Assembly (NCBI GenBank): GCA_021775875.1
Contig: JAJFHA010000022.1
Span: 146,298-210,297 of the forward strand
DNA from: Hyphomicrobiales bacterium
Lineage (GTDB): Bacteria > Pseudomonadota > Alphaproteobacteria > Rhizobiales > NORP267
Direction of reading: 5' to 3'
DNA length: 64,000 nt
Shown here in pieces: positions 18,120-29,644 of this stretch (the stretch's first letter is position 1; each line of letters opens with the position of its first letter). Under the pieces are notes generated by a model. The model was not told where the DNA came from. It saw nothing but the letters and a program-made list of their open reading frames with translations, and ran no database searches. The position numbers were made by a program, and so were the translations under genes.

Positions 18120-18261
18120 TTTCCGGCCCTGATACCCGAATATCTTTGCAAATCAACATCCGGCCCTCGGTGAAATTCGGTCTCCGGGGGTATTGTTGTC
18201 GCCTGTTTCGCCTTTGATCTGTCAGGCTAACATCCTCAAATATGCACTCAACACCTACCAA

Positions 18262-18342
18262 CCGGCAATTTTTGCCCAGTAAAATCTCTTCAAACGCACT
18301 TTGTTAATCACTTGTTTACCGTTCACTGGGAAATTCTTGCCC
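18262..18342 (+). promoter_or_regulatory. fliF promoter region with CtrA-like box and ftr-like repeats
   Basis: TTAA-TCACTTG-TTTAC (18304), CCGGCAATTTTTGCCC (18262), GGGAAATTCTTGCCC. Confidence 0.5.
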
Positions 18343-18438
18343 AGAGGAGCGGCATTCGTTGCCAAATCGTAAAAACAACGAAGCCGTAGCAACTTAAACC
18401 TCAAGCCTCGACTGAATTACGAAGAGGCGAATGCTCAG

Positions 18439-20103
18439 TTGAGTGGGGGATATGTGAACGGAGTCTTTGATTTTCTGAAAACGCTTGGGGCCGCGCGCCT
18501 TGGCGCGATGGGTGCAGTAGCTGTTGGTCTGGTGGGTTTCTTTGCCTTCCTGATCATGCGCTTGTCAGAACCTCAAATGGTCACCCTGTATAGCGAACTG
18601 GACAGCCGTGATTCTTCCGCCATTATCCGCGAGCTGGAAAGCAGCAATATTCCTTTCGAATTAAAGGTTGATGGATCGGTCATTCTGGTGCCGAAGGAAA
18701 ATGTATTGCGGCTGCGCATGCAACTGGCCGAAGACGGTCTGCCCCTTGGTGGCTCTGTGGGTTATGAGATTTTCGATTCCAGTGATGGCCTCGGAACAAC
18801 GTCATTTGTTCAAAACATCAATCACTTGCGCGCCCTTGAAGGCGAACTATCCAGAACGATCCGTGCCCTCGACCGGATCGACTTTGCCCGCGTCCATCTT
18901 GTTCTAAAACAACGCGAAGTTTTCTCGCGGGACAGCGCAGACCCATCTGCTTCGATCGTGATAAAAACGCGTGGTGATATAGAATCCAGCAGTATCCGCG
19001 CAATCCAGCATATTGTCGCCTCCGCCGTAAACGGGCTGAGCGCATCGATGGTGTCGATCGTGGATGAAACCGGTAGGTTGCTTGCGAGCCCGGAAAACGC
19101 CAACGAACCGGGTGCTATCGCTTCCTCATTGAATGAACGCACTGTTGCGGTTGAAACCCGCATCCGCAACCAGATTTTGAATATTGTCGAGAGCATTGTC
19201 GGGCCCGGCCATTCCCGTGTGAATGTCGCCGCGACCCTCAATCACAATCGCATAACACAAACCTCTGATACCTACGACCCCGAAGGCCGCGTGGTTCGCT
19301 CCACCCAATCGAGAGAGGAAACATCTTCGTCACAAGATGGCGGATCGCAGGACGGCGTATCTATAAGCAACGAGTTGCCAGGTGCGGACGGGTCAAGCGC
19401 TCAGGACACTGGTGGTGCCAGCGACAACGCCGAGAAAATCGAGGAAACTGTCAATTACGAAATCTCCCGGATCACAAAGACGGAGATACTGGAAGCCGGG
19501 CAAATTGAACGCATTTCAGTGGCCGTGCTGTTGGACGGCACTTACACCTCCAACGAAGCTGGCGAAGAATTATACCAACCGTTGAGCCAGGCAAAACTGG
19601 ACCAGATATCCGCTCTCGTGCGCTCTACAATCGGCTTTAACCAGCAACGCGGCGACCAGATCGAGGTTTCCAGCATGCAATTTGCAGCGCAAGTCCGCCC
19701 GGAAATCATCGAAGAAGAGGAAGTCTTTTTCGAACTAAATAAGGATGATTATTTTTACATCGCCGAGCTGGCTATCCTGCTGATCATATCAGCGCTGGTT
19801 CTTCTCTTCGTCGTACGCCCACTGGTTCGTCGCATCCTTACGCCAGATGAACGCCTCGGCGCAGGGGTGGCTGGCGCTATGGGTGCTGTCGCAATCGACG
19901 CGAACGGCAACCCAATGATCGCCGCCGGAGAAGATTTTGCCAAATTGGCAGCACCAGACTCGATGACCTCTGAAGCCATCGACACCGCTCAGGTCGCCGG
20001 TCAGGCACAAGCTGACACATTACGCAAAGTTGGCGAAATCGTTGATTCCAATCCTGATGAAGCCGTTACAATCATCCGGCAATGGATCGGGGAGGCTGCA
20101 TGA
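18439..20103 (+). CDS. fliF: Flagellar MS-ring protein (start probably GTG ~18474)
   Basis: [30 protein letters not shown] motifs. Confidence 0.96.
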   Translation: MSGGYVNGVFDFLKTLGAARLGAMGAVAVGLVGFFAFLIMRLSEPQMVTLYSELDSRDSSAIIRELESSNIPFELKVDGSVILVPKENVLRLRMQLAEDGLPLGGSVGYEIFDSSDGLGTTSFVQNINHLRALEGELSRTIRALDRIDFARVHLVLKQREVFSRDSADPSASIVIKTRGDIESSSIRAIQHIVASAVNGLSASMVSIVDETGRLLASPENANEPGAIASSLNERTVAVETRIRNQILNIVESIVGPGHSRVNVAATLNHNRITQTSDTYDPEGRVVRSTQSREETSSSQDGGSQDGVSISNELPGADGSSAQDTGGASDNAEKIEETVNYEISRITKTEILEAGQIERISVAVLLDGTYTSNEAGEELYQPLSQAKLDQISALVRSTIGFNQQRGDQIEVSSMQFAAQVRPEIIEEEEVFFELNKDDYFYIAELAILLIISALVLLFVVRPLVRRILTPDERLGAGVAGAMGAVAIDANGNPMIAAGEDFAKLAAPDSMTSEAIDTAQVAGQAQADTLRKVGEIVDSNPDEAVTIIRQWIGEAA

Positions 20104-21155
20104 ACCAGCCAAACGCCACCGCCAATTCTCTGAACCTGCCTGAAAAAGTTCGGAATGTATCCGAACTTAACGGAGCCGAACGTGCCGGTGTTCTCATGCT
20201 GGCTCTGGGCAACGAATATGGTCAGAAAATCTGGAGGAAGCTCGAAGACGACGAGATCAAGACCATCTCAGTAGCCATGTCGAAGCTCGGCAATATCGAG
20301 ACCGATACGGTTGAGCTTCTGGTTGTCGACTTCGTGACGCAATTATCATCCAGCGGGGCCATTCTCGGCAGTTTTGATTCTACCGAACGGCTTCTGACAG
20401 AATTCCTGGACCCGGGTCGCGTGGTCACGATCATGGAAGAAATCCGAGGCCCTGCCGGTCGGAATATGTGGGAAAAACTTTCCAATGTTCAGGAAAGTGT
20501 TCTTGCCAATTATCTGAAGAATGAATATCCGCAAACGGTCGCTGTAGTTTTATCGAAAATCCGCCCTGAGCATGCCGCTCGTGTATTGCAAAATTTGCCT
20601 GACGATTTTTCCCTCGAAGTAGTTGAGCGGATGCTCAAGATGGAGAATGTCCAGAAAGATATCCTGGAAAAAGTCGAGCAGACCCTGCGCACCGAATTCA
20701 TGGCAAGTCTCGCCCAGACCCAGCGTCGCGATGCCCATGAATCCATGGCCGAAATTTTCAATAATTTTGATCGCCAAACCGAGAGCCGCTTTATGAGTGC
20801 GCTTGAAGAAAATCACGAAGACGCAGCCGAGAAAATCAAGGCCCTGATGTTTACATTTGAAGATCTCGGCAAGCTGGACGCCGCTGGCGTACAAACCCTG
20901 TTACGGAGCATAGACAAAGACAAACTGGCTATCGCGCTTAAGGGCACAACCGATGTCATACGGGACTTTTTCCTTGAAAACATGTCGGCACGCGCCGGCA
21001 AAATGCTCCAGGAAGATATGGAAATTCTTGGCCCAGTACGGCTTCGCGATGTCGATGAATCCCAAACCCAGATGGTGAATATCGCCAAAGACCTTGCCGC
21101 AAAAGGCGAGATCATTATCAGCCGAGGCAGTGGCGACGAAGAGATGATTGTCTAG
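20100..21155 (+). CDS. fliG: Flagellar motor switch protein
   Basis: [32 protein letters not shown]. Confidence 0.96.
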   Translation: MNQPNATANSLNLPEKVRNVSELNGAERAGVLMLALGNEYGQKIWRKLEDDEIKTISVAMSKLGNIETDTVELLVVDFVTQLSSSGAILGSFDSTERLLTEFLDPGRVVTIMEEIRGPAGRNMWEKLSNVQESVLANYLKNEYPQTVAVVLSKIRPEHAARVLQNLPDDFSLEVVERMLKMENVQKDILEKVEQTLRTEFMASLAQTQRRDAHESMAEIFNNFDRQTESRFMSALEENHEDAAEKIKALMFTFEDLGKLDAAGVQTLLRSIDKDKLAIALKGTTDVIRDFFLENMSARAGKMLQEDMEILGPVRLRDVDESQTQMVNIAKDLAAKGEIIISRGSGDEEMIV

Positions 21156-21185
21156 TTTCAAAATGTTAAAAACGAAAGCACATTA

Positions 21186-21896
21186 ATGGATACCCACGCG
21201 CGCTATATGTTTGATGCCGTATTTGCTTGCTCTAACAATGAGCAGACGGCAAGTGCTGAAATGCCGCGTCATAACGATATTGCTTTGGAGGCTGCCCGGG
21301 ACGCCGCCTATCAGCAAGGTCTTGCGGATGGCCGCAACCAGTCTCAAAATGATGCCACCGCGCACCTTCAAGGCCTAATGATCCGGCTTCTGGAGCAAAT
21401 GCAGGCAGCCAATGAAAACATGGTGCAATACCAGATCAAGGTGGAAGAGAAAGCGACCAGGCTTGCCCTTACCGCAACCCAAAAGCTGGTGCCAACATTG
21501 ATCTCCAGAGAGCCCGAAGGCGAGTTGATGGCCTTGTTCGGCGAATGTATATCCCAGCAGGAAAATTTGCCCCACCTTGTTATTCACGTTCCACCAAATT
21601 TCGCCGATAATCTCAGGGAAAATCTGGAAAATGTGACCGCGAACCTCGGCGCAAAAACCGAAATCAGGCTCAACACTGACGATACCCTGTCGGAAGGTGA
21701 TTGCCGGATTGTATGGACAACCGGCGAAATTTCCAGAAACCGCCAGCAATTGGAAGAGCAGATAATCGCCATCATTGAGCGGCACTACCCGTCCGGGATA
21801 GCAAGCCCCGTTGACGATCAACCAATGACGGAAACACATGACGCACCAGATACCAACCCAAAGGTCGGCCTGGTCAATGAAGGAGTGTCTTCATGA
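21186..21896 (+). CDS. fliH: Flagellar assembly protein FliH
   Basis: AYQQGLADG repeat, GDCRIVW; synteny. Confidence 0.8.
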   Translation: MDTHARYMFDAVFACSNNEQTASAEMPRHNDIALEAARDAAYQQGLADGRNQSQNDATAHLQGLMIRLLEQMQAANENMVQYQIKVEEKATRLALTATQKLVPTLISREPEGELMALFGECISQQENLPHLVIHVPPNFADNLRENLENVTANLGAKTEIRLNTDDTLSEGDCRIVWTTGEISRNRQQLEEQIIAIIERHYPSGIASPVDDQPMTETHDAPDTNPKVGLVNEGVSS

Positions 21897-22288
21897 GTGA
21901 TGAAACAGAATCAGAAACCAAAACTGAAGCACCTGCCGCCGTCGGCAATGACGTCAAATTTGAAGATTTGACCGAGCAGCATGATGCCCAGTCTGAAGCA
22001 ACGCTTTCAGACAGTGGCGAGGCTGAAGCCAGCGCCCACAGTGCGGGTGAACTCGAAGCCGTTTTCGATGTCCCTGTTAAAGTCAAAGCAATTTTGGGAC
22101 GCACCAATATGGAAGTGTCCGAACTCCTAAAGATTGGCGAAGGTACTGTCATCGAGCTCGACCGCAAAGTTGGCGAGGCAATTGATGTGTTCGTGAATAA
22201 CCGGCTGGTGGCCCGTGGTGAAGTGGTCCTGGTCGAAGATCGGCTGGGCATCACAATGACGGAAATGATCAAGCTCAATCGTAATTAG
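21893..22288 (+). CDS. fliN: Flagellar motor switch protein
   Basis: VFDVPV...LDRKVGEAIDVFVNNRLVARGEVV. Confidence 0.95.
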   Translation: MSDETESETKTEAPAAVGNDVKFEDLTEQHDAQSEATLSDSGEAEASAHSAGELEAVFDVPVKVKAILGRTNMEVSELLKIGEGTVIELDRKVGEAIDVFVNNRLVARGEVVLVEDRLGITMTEMIKLNRN

Positions 22289-22326
22289 AGAATTCGCCCG
22301 TACAGGCATTTAGTGGAGCATATTAA

Positions 22327-23697
22327 ATGAAACTTTTGATTATCGGCTCGCTCAAGGGGCAATTATCCACGGCCACGAAAATGGCAATGGAGAAGGGCGC
22401 GAAAGTTGTCCATGCCGAAACCATTGATATGGCGCTCCGGTCGCTTCGCTCAGGCCGAAGCGCCGATCTCTTAATGGTCGATGTGGCTGAAAATATCGGT
22501 GAATTGATCGAGCGTCTCGACGCTGAACATATTCATGTGCCGGTTGTTGCATGCGGGATCGAAACTGACGCTAAGGCAGCCGTTAGCGCAATCCGGTCTG
22601 GCGCGAAGGAATATATCCCGCTGCCACCGGACGCAGATCTAATTGCCGCCGTGCTCGCGGCCGTTGCTGAAGAAAGCAACGAAATTATCTGTCGCGATGA
22701 ATCTATGTCGCGAGTTATTGAATTGGCCGAGCAGGTCGCACCGTCCAATGCCAATATCCTGATCACAGGTGAATCCGGCGTTGGCAAAGAAGTAATGGCC
22801 CGCTTTCTTCACCGCAAATCAAACCGCACCGACAAACCGTTCATTTCAGTCAATTGCGCCGCCATTCCCGAAGCCCTTTTGGAATCGGAGTTATTTGGTC
22901 ATGAGAAAGGTGCCTTTACTGGTGCAATCGCCCGCCGGATTGGGAAATTTGAGGAAGCCGACGGCGGCACCTTACTGCTTGACGAAATCAGCGAAATGGA
23001 CACACGCCTGCAATCAAAATTGCTTCGCGCGATCCAGGAACGTGAGATTGACCGGGTTGGTGGCAATGCCCCGATAAAAATCAATATCCGGATTATCGCT
23101 ACTTCGAACCGTGATCTTGTTGCGGCAGCGCGTGATGGTACCTTCCGCGAAGACCTTTTCTACCGGTTGAATGTCGTCAATTTGAATATCCCGCCGCTTC
23201 GTGAACGCCCGGCTGATATCGTCCAGCTCGCCAAACATTTCATCGCCAAATATTCGGAAGCCAACGGTATTGTTGTGCGCCCGCTTGCAAATTCTGCCAG
23301 CAAGCAGCTTGTCGCCAGCGCCTGGCCCGGCAATGTCCGCGAACTGGAAAACACCATGCACCGCGCGGTTTTGCTGACCACCGACGAAGAGATCGGCATC
23401 GACGCCATTCGCATGCCCGACGGCACCCGCCTCGATCAGGCCAACGGTGCCGGGCAAAATATGGCGGCACACGCGGCCATGACCGCAGAAATGACATCAC
23501 GCAGCATGGTCGGCCAAACGGTCGCAAGCGTTGAACAGGGTCTTATCCTGGAAACGCTTGAACATTGCCTCGGCAACCGCACCCACGCGGCCAACATTCT
23601 GGGTATCTCGATCCGCACGATGCGCAACAAATTGAAGCAATATTCAGATGAAGGCGTCGATGTTCCAACGCCTCGGGAAATGCGTACAGCATATTGA
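22327..23697 (+). CDS. flbD: sigma54-dependent flagellar activator
   Basis: GESGVGKE, GAFTGA, Fis HTH; fliFGHN-flbD synteny as in Caulobacter. Confidence 0.9.
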   Translation: MKLLIIGSLKGQLSTATKMAMEKGAKVVHAETIDMALRSLRSGRSADLLMVDVAENIGELIERLDAEHIHVPVVACGIETDAKAAVSAIRSGAKEYIPLPPDADLIAAVLAAVAEESNEIICRDESMSRVIELAEQVAPSNANILITGESGVGKEVMARFLHRKSNRTDKPFISVNCAAIPEALLESELFGHEKGAFTGAIARRIGKFEEADGGTLLLDEISEMDTRLQSKLLRAIQEREIDRVGGNAPIKINIRIIATSNRDLVAAARDGTFREDLFYRLNVVNLNIPPLRERPADIVQLAKHFIAKYSEANGIVVRPLANSASKQLVASAWPGNVRELENTMHRAVLLTTDEEIGIDAIRMPDGTRLDQANGAGQNMAAHAAMTAEMTSRSMVGQTVASVEQGLILETLEHCLGNRTHAANILGISIRTMRNKLKQYSDEGVDVPTPREMRTAY

Positions 23698-23743
23698 TGA
23701 TCAGACCCAACAAAAACATGCGGTCCAAGAGAATGCCTGACGC

Positions 23744-25864
23744 ATGAGCGATATTCCCAACAATAAACCAGCAGCCTCCGGTGACCCTTCGTCCATGATG
23801 TCAACATTAGGCAAAATGGCGCGGCGCAGCGACCTGGCCCTCGCCTTTGGCGTCATCGGCATCCTTGTGGTGCTGATCATGCCGCTGCCGCCGATGATGC
23901 TGGATTTGTTTCTGGCATTATCCATCGTTTTCTCGGTCCTCATTTTAATGACCGCTTTGTTCATCCATACCCCGCTTGAATTCTCGGCATTTCCAACGGT
24001 TTTGCTGATCGCCACAATGATGCGGTTATCGCTCAATCTCGCCTCCACAAGGCTGATTCTCGCCAATGGTCACGAAGGCCCGAATGCCGCCGGTCACGTC
24101 ATCGAAGCCTTTGGCAATTTTGTCATGCAGGGCAATTTCGTTATCGGCATTATCGTTTTCGGCATCCTTGTGATTGTGAATTTTATCGTGATCACCAAGG
24201 GCTCCGGGCGTATCGCCGAGGTTGCCGCCCGTTTCACCCTTGATGCCATGCCCGGCAAGCAAATGGCGATCGATGCAGATTTGTCCGCTGGCCTGATCGA
24301 CGAAACAGAAGCCAAAACCCGGCGCAAGAAACTCGAAGATGAATCATCCTTCTTTGGTGCCATGGACGGTGCCTCGAAATTCGTTCGCGGCGATGCCATT
24401 GCCGGACTGCTGATCACCTTCATCAATGTGATTGGCGGCATGATTGTCGGGGTCGCACAAAATGGTCTGAGCGTCGCCGAGGCCGGTGCATCCTATACCT
24501 TGCTGACTGTTGGCGATGGCCTGGTGAGCCAGATCCCGGCGCTGATCGTCTCCACCGCTGCGGGCCTTCTGGTTTCCAAAGCCGGTGTCGACGGATCAGC
24601 GGAAAAAGCGCTTCTGACACAGCTTTCCGGCTACCCGAAAGCCCTTGGCATGTCGTCCTTCGTGATGGTCGTCATGTCGCTCTTGCCTGGAATTCCGATG
24701 ATCCCGTTCCTGTTGCTGGCATTGGCTACCGGTGGCCTGGCCTGGCACACCAACAAACAACAGGAAGACCAGATAATCGCGCAGGAAAATTTGCAGATAG
24801 CTGATCTGAAAGCTGCCGAGCCAACCGAAGAACCAATTTCAACCGCCCTTAAAATGGATGAATTACGGATCGAACTTGGCTACGGCCTGCTACCGCTGAT
24901 CAACGATGGCGCAGAAGAAGACCGATTGACATCACAGATCAAGGCCCTGCGTCGCCAGTTCGCATCCGATATGGGCTTCGTCATGCCATCCGTCCGCCTG
25001 CTTGATAATATGCAACTGGAATCCAACGATTATCAGATCAAGATCAAGGAAATCGAAGCCGGTCACGGTACGCTCTATCCCGACCAACTCATGGTCATGG
25101 ACCCAACCGGCGGGCAAATCGATATGCCGGGACACAATACCATCGAGCCTACATTCGGCCTGCCCGCCACTTGGGTCGACAAAGGAATGCGTGAGGATGC
25201 AGAAGTCAAAGGCTATACAATCGTTGACCCGGCAACGGTGCTTTCAACGCACCTGACCGAGTTGCTGAAATCCAACATGGCAGAAATGTTGTCTTACGCC
25301 GAAGTGCAGAAATTGCTCGGCGAATTGCCCCCTGAACACCAGAAATTGCTTGAAGATATTGTACCGAGTCAGGTCTCTGTCAGTGGTATCCAGCGCGTAT
25401 TGCAATCCCTGTTGGCTGAGCGGATTTCGATCCGCGACCTCCAGTCGATCCTCGAAGGCATCGCTGAAATTGCTGGCGCGGTAACCTCGACCCAGGCCTT
25501 GAGTGAGCATGTGCGGTCCCGCCTTGCCCGCCAGATTTGTTCCGCCAACAATTCACCAAATGGCTATCTGCCGCTCATCGCCCTCTCCCCCCAATGGGAG
25601 CAGAATTTTGCCGACGCCATTGTGGGTTCTGACGAAGAACGCCAACTGGCGATGGCCCCAAGCATGTTGCAGGATTTCATACAGATCGTTCACGACCGGT
25701 ACGAAGAAGCCGCCCAGCAAGGGGAAATCCCGGTCCTGCTGACCAGCCCGGGTGTTCGCCCGTTCGTCCGCTCGATCATCGAACGCTTCCGCTCACAAAC
25801 AACGGTCATCTCCCAGAACGAAATACACGCCCATGCAAAGCTGAAAACTGTCGGCGCTATTTAA
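23744..25864 (+). CDS. flhA: Flagellar export protein
   Basis: RIAEVAARFTLDAMPGKQMAIDADL. Confidence 0.97.
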   Translation: MSDIPNNKPAASGDPSSMMSTLGKMARRSDLALAFGVIGILVVLIMPLPPMMLDLFLALSIVFSVLILMTALFIHTPLEFSAFPTVLLIATMMRLSLNLASTRLILANGHEGPNAAGHVIEAFGNFVMQGNFVIGIIVFGILVIVNFIVITKGSGRIAEVAARFTLDAMPGKQMAIDADLSAGLIDETEAKTRRKKLEDESSFFGAMDGASKFVRGDAIAGLLITFINVIGGMIVGVAQNGLSVAEAGASYTLLTVGDGLVSQIPALIVSTAAGLLVSKAGVDGSAEKALLTQLSGYPKALGMSSFVMVVMSLLPGIPMIPFLLLALATGGLAWHTNKQQEDQIIAQENLQIADLKAAEPTEEPISTALKMDELRIELGYGLLPLINDGAEEDRLTSQIKALRRQFASDMGFVMPSVRLLDNMQLESNDYQIKIKEIEAGHGTLYPDQLMVMDPTGGQIDMPGHNTIEPTFGLPATWVDKGMREDAEVKGYTIVDPATVLSTHLTELLKSNMAEMLSYAEVQKLLGELPPEHQKLLEDIVPSQVSVSGIQRVLQSLLAERISIRDLQSILEGIAEIAGAVTSTQALSEHVRSRLARQICSANNSPNGYLPLIALSPQWEQNFADAIVGSDEERQLAMAPSMLQDFIQIVHDRYEEAAQQGEIPVLLTSPGVRPFVRSIIERFRSQTTVISQNEIHAHAKLKTVGAI

Positions 25865-25914
25865 TTGTTCCGCCTTTTCTCGACGAGCCATTCCGGGCCT
25901 GCTAGATCAGAACC

Positions 25915-26517
25915 ATGACCAAACTGAACCAATGCGGCGAGACCGCAATCGCAAATGGCAAAATCGCCAGCATCGTCACTTATCTGGAGATGCTTGCACC
26001 AGCAGAAAGCGCCACCCTTCCGGATCGCGATGATTTGAGTCTGGTCCGCGTCACCAATCCCGATCTCGATTGGTACCGCTCGCTTTACAGAGAAATTGGC
26101 GAACACTGGCTCTGGTTTCTCCGGCTGCACATGGCGGATGAAAAACTTGAAGCCATTCTGACAAGTGAACAAACCGAAATTTATGCCCTCAAATTGCAAG
26201 GCAGGGATGTTGGTCTGTTCGAGCTTGATCTCTCGAATTTTCCTGATGTCGAAATCGCGTATTTTGGCACCACCCCTGATCAGATCGGCTCCGGTGCCGG
26301 GCGCTGGATGATGACCAATGGGCTGGAACTGACCTGGGCCAAAGCGCCAAATCGGGTCTGGTTGCATACCTGCAATCTGGACCATCCGGCGGCTTTGCCG
26401 TTTTATCAGCGATCCGGTTTCACGCCGTACAAGCGCACCTTCGAAATCGATGATGACCCGCGCCTCACAGGCGCACTAGACAAATCTGCAGCGCCGCAAA
26501 TTCCCGTCATCCGCTAA
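25915..26517 (+). CDS. GNAT acetyltransferase
   Basis: YFG...IGSGAG, WLHTCNLDHPAALPFY..GF. Confidence 0.85.
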   Translation: MTKLNQCGETAIANGKIASIVTYLEMLAPAESATLPDRDDLSLVRVTNPDLDWYRSLYREIGEHWLWFLRLHMADEKLEAILTSEQTEIYALKLQGRDVGLFELDLSNFPDVEIAYFGTTPDQIGSGAGRWMMTNGLELTWAKAPNRVWLHTCNLDHPAALPFYQRSGFTPYKRTFEIDDDPRLTGALDKSAAPQIPVIR

Positions 26518-26621
26518 AACCTGCAAGTGGATATCCCGGTGGATAAGTCCGGCAACGCTTAACTTTGTCTCAAATCGGAATATCATGGATCTGGCAGTCA
26601 GGATTACATGGAAAGTAGAAT

Positions 26622-27791
26622 ATGCGGTTCGGGGTTCAAAGATTTCACTTGGCCGGAACACCTTTATTTGGCCTGACAATCTGCCTGAGCTTGCTCGCGG
26701 CACCTGAAACAACACGAGCCAATGACGGGTTTTATGAACTTGCCAGCGGCGGCCTGAGGCTCTCCAAAGCTGAAAATATAACCATCCTCCAGGAAGATCT
26801 GAGAATTTCGTTCGAGCGAATTTCCGTCACCTATCAAATCAGGAACCTTGATAATAGCCGCAAACAAGCGGTGATTGGCTTCCCCCTGCCCCATCCGGTT
26901 TCGCTGGACAGCGAATTTGACGGCCCCGGCCCGGAGGGGATTTTCGATATGCTCAGATCGTTCCGGATCACCGTCAATGACGAACCGGTCGTGCCTGAAG
27001 GCACCGATATTGCAGTTGTGCTGTTCCCGCCGATCCGCGACCTCGATACCAATCTTGATGAGGCCGTTAACGGCACTCTTGATATTAGCGACCTGTTGCG
27101 CGATGCCGGACTGGAACTGGACCCGGAAAATATCGACCTGTCGCGGCTTGATGACGAACAATTTGCAGCCCTGATCCGTGGATCATTGCCTGAACCATAC
27201 CAGGACAATTTTCCGGGTTGGTGGGAAATCCGGCAAATTCCGTATTGGACTCAAGAATTCGACGCCAGGGAAACTCTTACAATTGCCCACAGCTATACCC
27301 CTGCCCCCGGCGGCATGATCTCCAGTGGATATGACATTGAACCGGGTGGCAGGCTGGAGCTGACAGCCGAGCAAATCAACTATGAACGCGAAAACGCACT
27401 CTACGAGATGCGCCGCCTCAGAGACAATTGGCGGGCGGGCAGCAATGGCGCGGAAATTTCCTGCTCAGTTTCTGAAGACGATCTTGGCGAAGTGATGAGG
27501 CAAGGCTTGCAGGATTTACTGAAATCCCACATAGCAGCAGACATTATCGATACCGGGCAACAGGGGTTTTTGAGCACCAACTACACCTTCATGACCTATA
27601 TATTGTCCACGGCCACCTCATGGACCGGGCCAATTGATGAATTTCACCTGACAATTGATGGCGGTGGATTGCCTGCCCTGTTTTGTCTTCCGGGAGAGAT
27701 CAGGCTTACTGATCCGGAAAAATATATATATGAAGTAACCCTGACGGATTTTACCCCGACAACCGATCTGGAAATCGTCCGTCCTTTCTAA
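26622..27791 (+). CDS. Exported DUF4424-like protein
   Basis: Signal peptide, AND...ASGGL, EDL.IS, YIL.TA..W.GPI..F.L, DF.P..DL. Confidence 0.7.
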   Translation: MRFGVQRFHLAGTPLFGLTICLSLLAAPETTRANDGFYELASGGLRLSKAENITILQEDLRISFERISVTYQIRNLDNSRKQAVIGFPLPHPVSLDSEFDGPGPEGIFDMLRSFRITVNDEPVVPEGTDIAVVLFPPIRDLDTNLDEAVNGTLDISDLLRDAGLELDPENIDLSRLDDEQFAALIRGSLPEPYQDNFPGWWEIRQIPYWTQEFDARETLTIAHSYTPAPGGMISSGYDIEPGGRLELTAEQINYERENALYEMRRLRDNWRAGSNGAEISCSVSEDDLGEVMRQGLQDLLKSHIAADIIDTGQQGFLSTNYTFMTYILSTATSWTGPIDEFHLTIDGGGLPALFCLPGEIRLTDPEKYIYEVTLTDFTPTTDLEIVRPF

Positions 27792-27825
27792 ACGTTCAAC
27801 GAAACCAATTTTATGGACCCGGTCT

Positions 27826-28752
27826 ATGAGCACAGGCACCCACGAATATCAGGTAGATCCCCGCAACGCCGATATTCTGATTTCGATCAACGGCAATCTT
27901 GTCCCACGCGCTGAAGCAACCGTCTCGGTATTTGATTCAGGTTTCATTCTGGGTGATGGAATTTGGGAAGGGTTGCGGGTTCATGATGGCGGCATCGCAT
28001 TCCTCGACCGCCATCTGGATCGCCTGTTTGAAGGTGCCAAGGCGCTCGACTTCGATATCAATGTTGGCCGCGAAGGCATCAGGCAGCGCCTGTTTGATTG
28101 CCTCAAAGCCAACCAGATGACCGAAGGCGTCCATATCCGGCTCATGGTCACCAGAGGTATCAAGGCGACCCCATATCAGGACCCAAGGGTCACAATCAGC
28201 CCACCCACCATTGTTATCATTCCCGAATATAAAACCCCAAACCCGCAAACCGCGGAACACGGCATCCGCCTTTTCACGGTGCATGTACGCCGCACCGCAC
28301 CCGACATGCAGGACCAGAAACTGAACTCTCATTCCAAACTGAATTGCATTCAGGCTTGCATCCAGGCGACCAAAGCGGGTGCCGACGAAGCCCTGATGCT
28401 CGACCCTCAAGGGGCAGTAGCAACGTGCAATTCAACACATTTCTTCATTGTCCGCAAAGGCGAGGTCTGGACCTCGCGCGGCATGTATTGCCTTGGCGGC
28501 ATCACCCGGGGCAACGTCATTGAAGCGGCTCGGGAAGCGGGCCTGCCGGTATTCGAGAAAGATTTCAGCCTGACCGATGTTTACGGCGCGGATGAAGCTT
28601 TTGTCACCGGCACCTTTGCCGGGTTGGTGCCAGTTGTCGAAGTCGATGGCCGAACAATCGGTGAACCCCGGACCCCAGCCATCGGCCCCATAACCGGGAA
28701 ATTGAACAGCCAGTATAAAACCATGACGGGTCGGGAGCTGACACGCCCATGA
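27826..28752 (+). CDS. Class IV aminotransferase
   Basis: VSVFDSGF.LGDG.WEG, L.GITR, ADEAFVTGT. Confidence 0.9.
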   Translation: MSTGTHEYQVDPRNADILISINGNLVPRAEATVSVFDSGFILGDGIWEGLRVHDGGIAFLDRHLDRLFEGAKALDFDINVGREGIRQRLFDCLKANQMTEGVHIRLMVTRGIKATPYQDPRVTISPPTIVIIPEYKTPNPQTAEHGIRLFTVHVRRTAPDMQDQKLNSHSKLNCIQACIQATKAGADEALMLDPQGAVATCNSTHFFIVRKGEVWTSRGMYCLGGITRGNVIEAAREAGLPVFEKDFSLTDVYGADEAFVTGTFAGLVPVVEVDGRTIGEPRTPAIGPITGKLNSQYKTMTGRELTRP

Positions 28753-29492
28753 CAACAGATCAGACCATCCAGGTTGCCATGTGGTCCGGCCCAAGGAACA
28801 TATCCACGGCAATGATGCGCAGCTTTGAAAATCGCGCCGATTGCTTTGTTTGGGACGAGCCGTTCTACGCCGCCTATCTGAACGCAACCGGTCTCAAACA
28901 TCCGATGCACGAACAGGTTATCGCTGCCGGCATCACCGACTGGGATCAGGTGAAGAATGAAGTGACCGACCCCGCTCCTGGCGGGGAACAAATTTTCTAC
29001 CAGAAACATATGTCCCACCACATGATCCCCGGCTTCGACCGAAACTGGATTCATGGCGTCACAAATTGCTTCTTGATCAGAAGACCGGAAAACGTGCTGG
29101 CCTCATACGCCGCCAAGCGCGAAGAGGTGACGCTCCGTGATATCGGATTTATCGAACAAGCCGAAATTTTCAATATGGTAGCGGATCAGCTGGGCAAAGC
29201 GCCGCCGGTGATCGATGCAAATGATGTGTTGGCTAACCCGAAAACACTGTTGCCAACGCTTTGTACGGCGCTGGATATCGCATTTGATCCGGCAATGATG
29301 TCCTGGCCGCCGGGCTTACGCGACAGCGACGGCGTTTGGGCGTCTCACTGGTATAATGCCGTAGAGAAATCAACCAAGTTCACCCCGCCACGCGAAGACA
29401 CCGCACGATCAGCCCTGCCATCGCATCTGGCAGACATAGCCGAACAAGCAACACCCGCTTATGAAGCCCTGGCAAAATACCGGATCAAATAA
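28749..29492 (+). CDS. Sulfotransferase-like P-loop protein paired with the class IV aminotransferase
   Basis: MWSGPRNISTAMMRSF, DEPFY, QKHM.HH. Confidence 0.8.
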   Translation: MTTDQTIQVAMWSGPRNISTAMMRSFENRADCFVWDEPFYAAYLNATGLKHPMHEQVIAAGITDWDQVKNEVTDPAPGGEQIFYQKHMSHHMIPGFDRNWIHGVTNCFLIRRPENVLASYAAKREEVTLRDIGFIEQAEIFNMVADQLGKAPPVIDANDVLANPKTLLPTLCTALDIAFDPAMMSWPPGLRDSDGVWASHWYNAVEKSTKFTPPREDTARSALPSHLADIAEQATPAYEALAKYRIK

Positions 29493-29644
29493 ACACTTGC
29501 TGGTAGGTGAGCACCGAAGCTGTTTCTGTTACCCAACAGAAACAGACGGCTCCAACCGGCGCCCGGCGCTTATGCGCCGCACCCGCGTAGGCCCGCGCTA
29601 AGCGCGGATCAGCCGCGAGCGAAATAAACCACCGCGAGCAAAAA

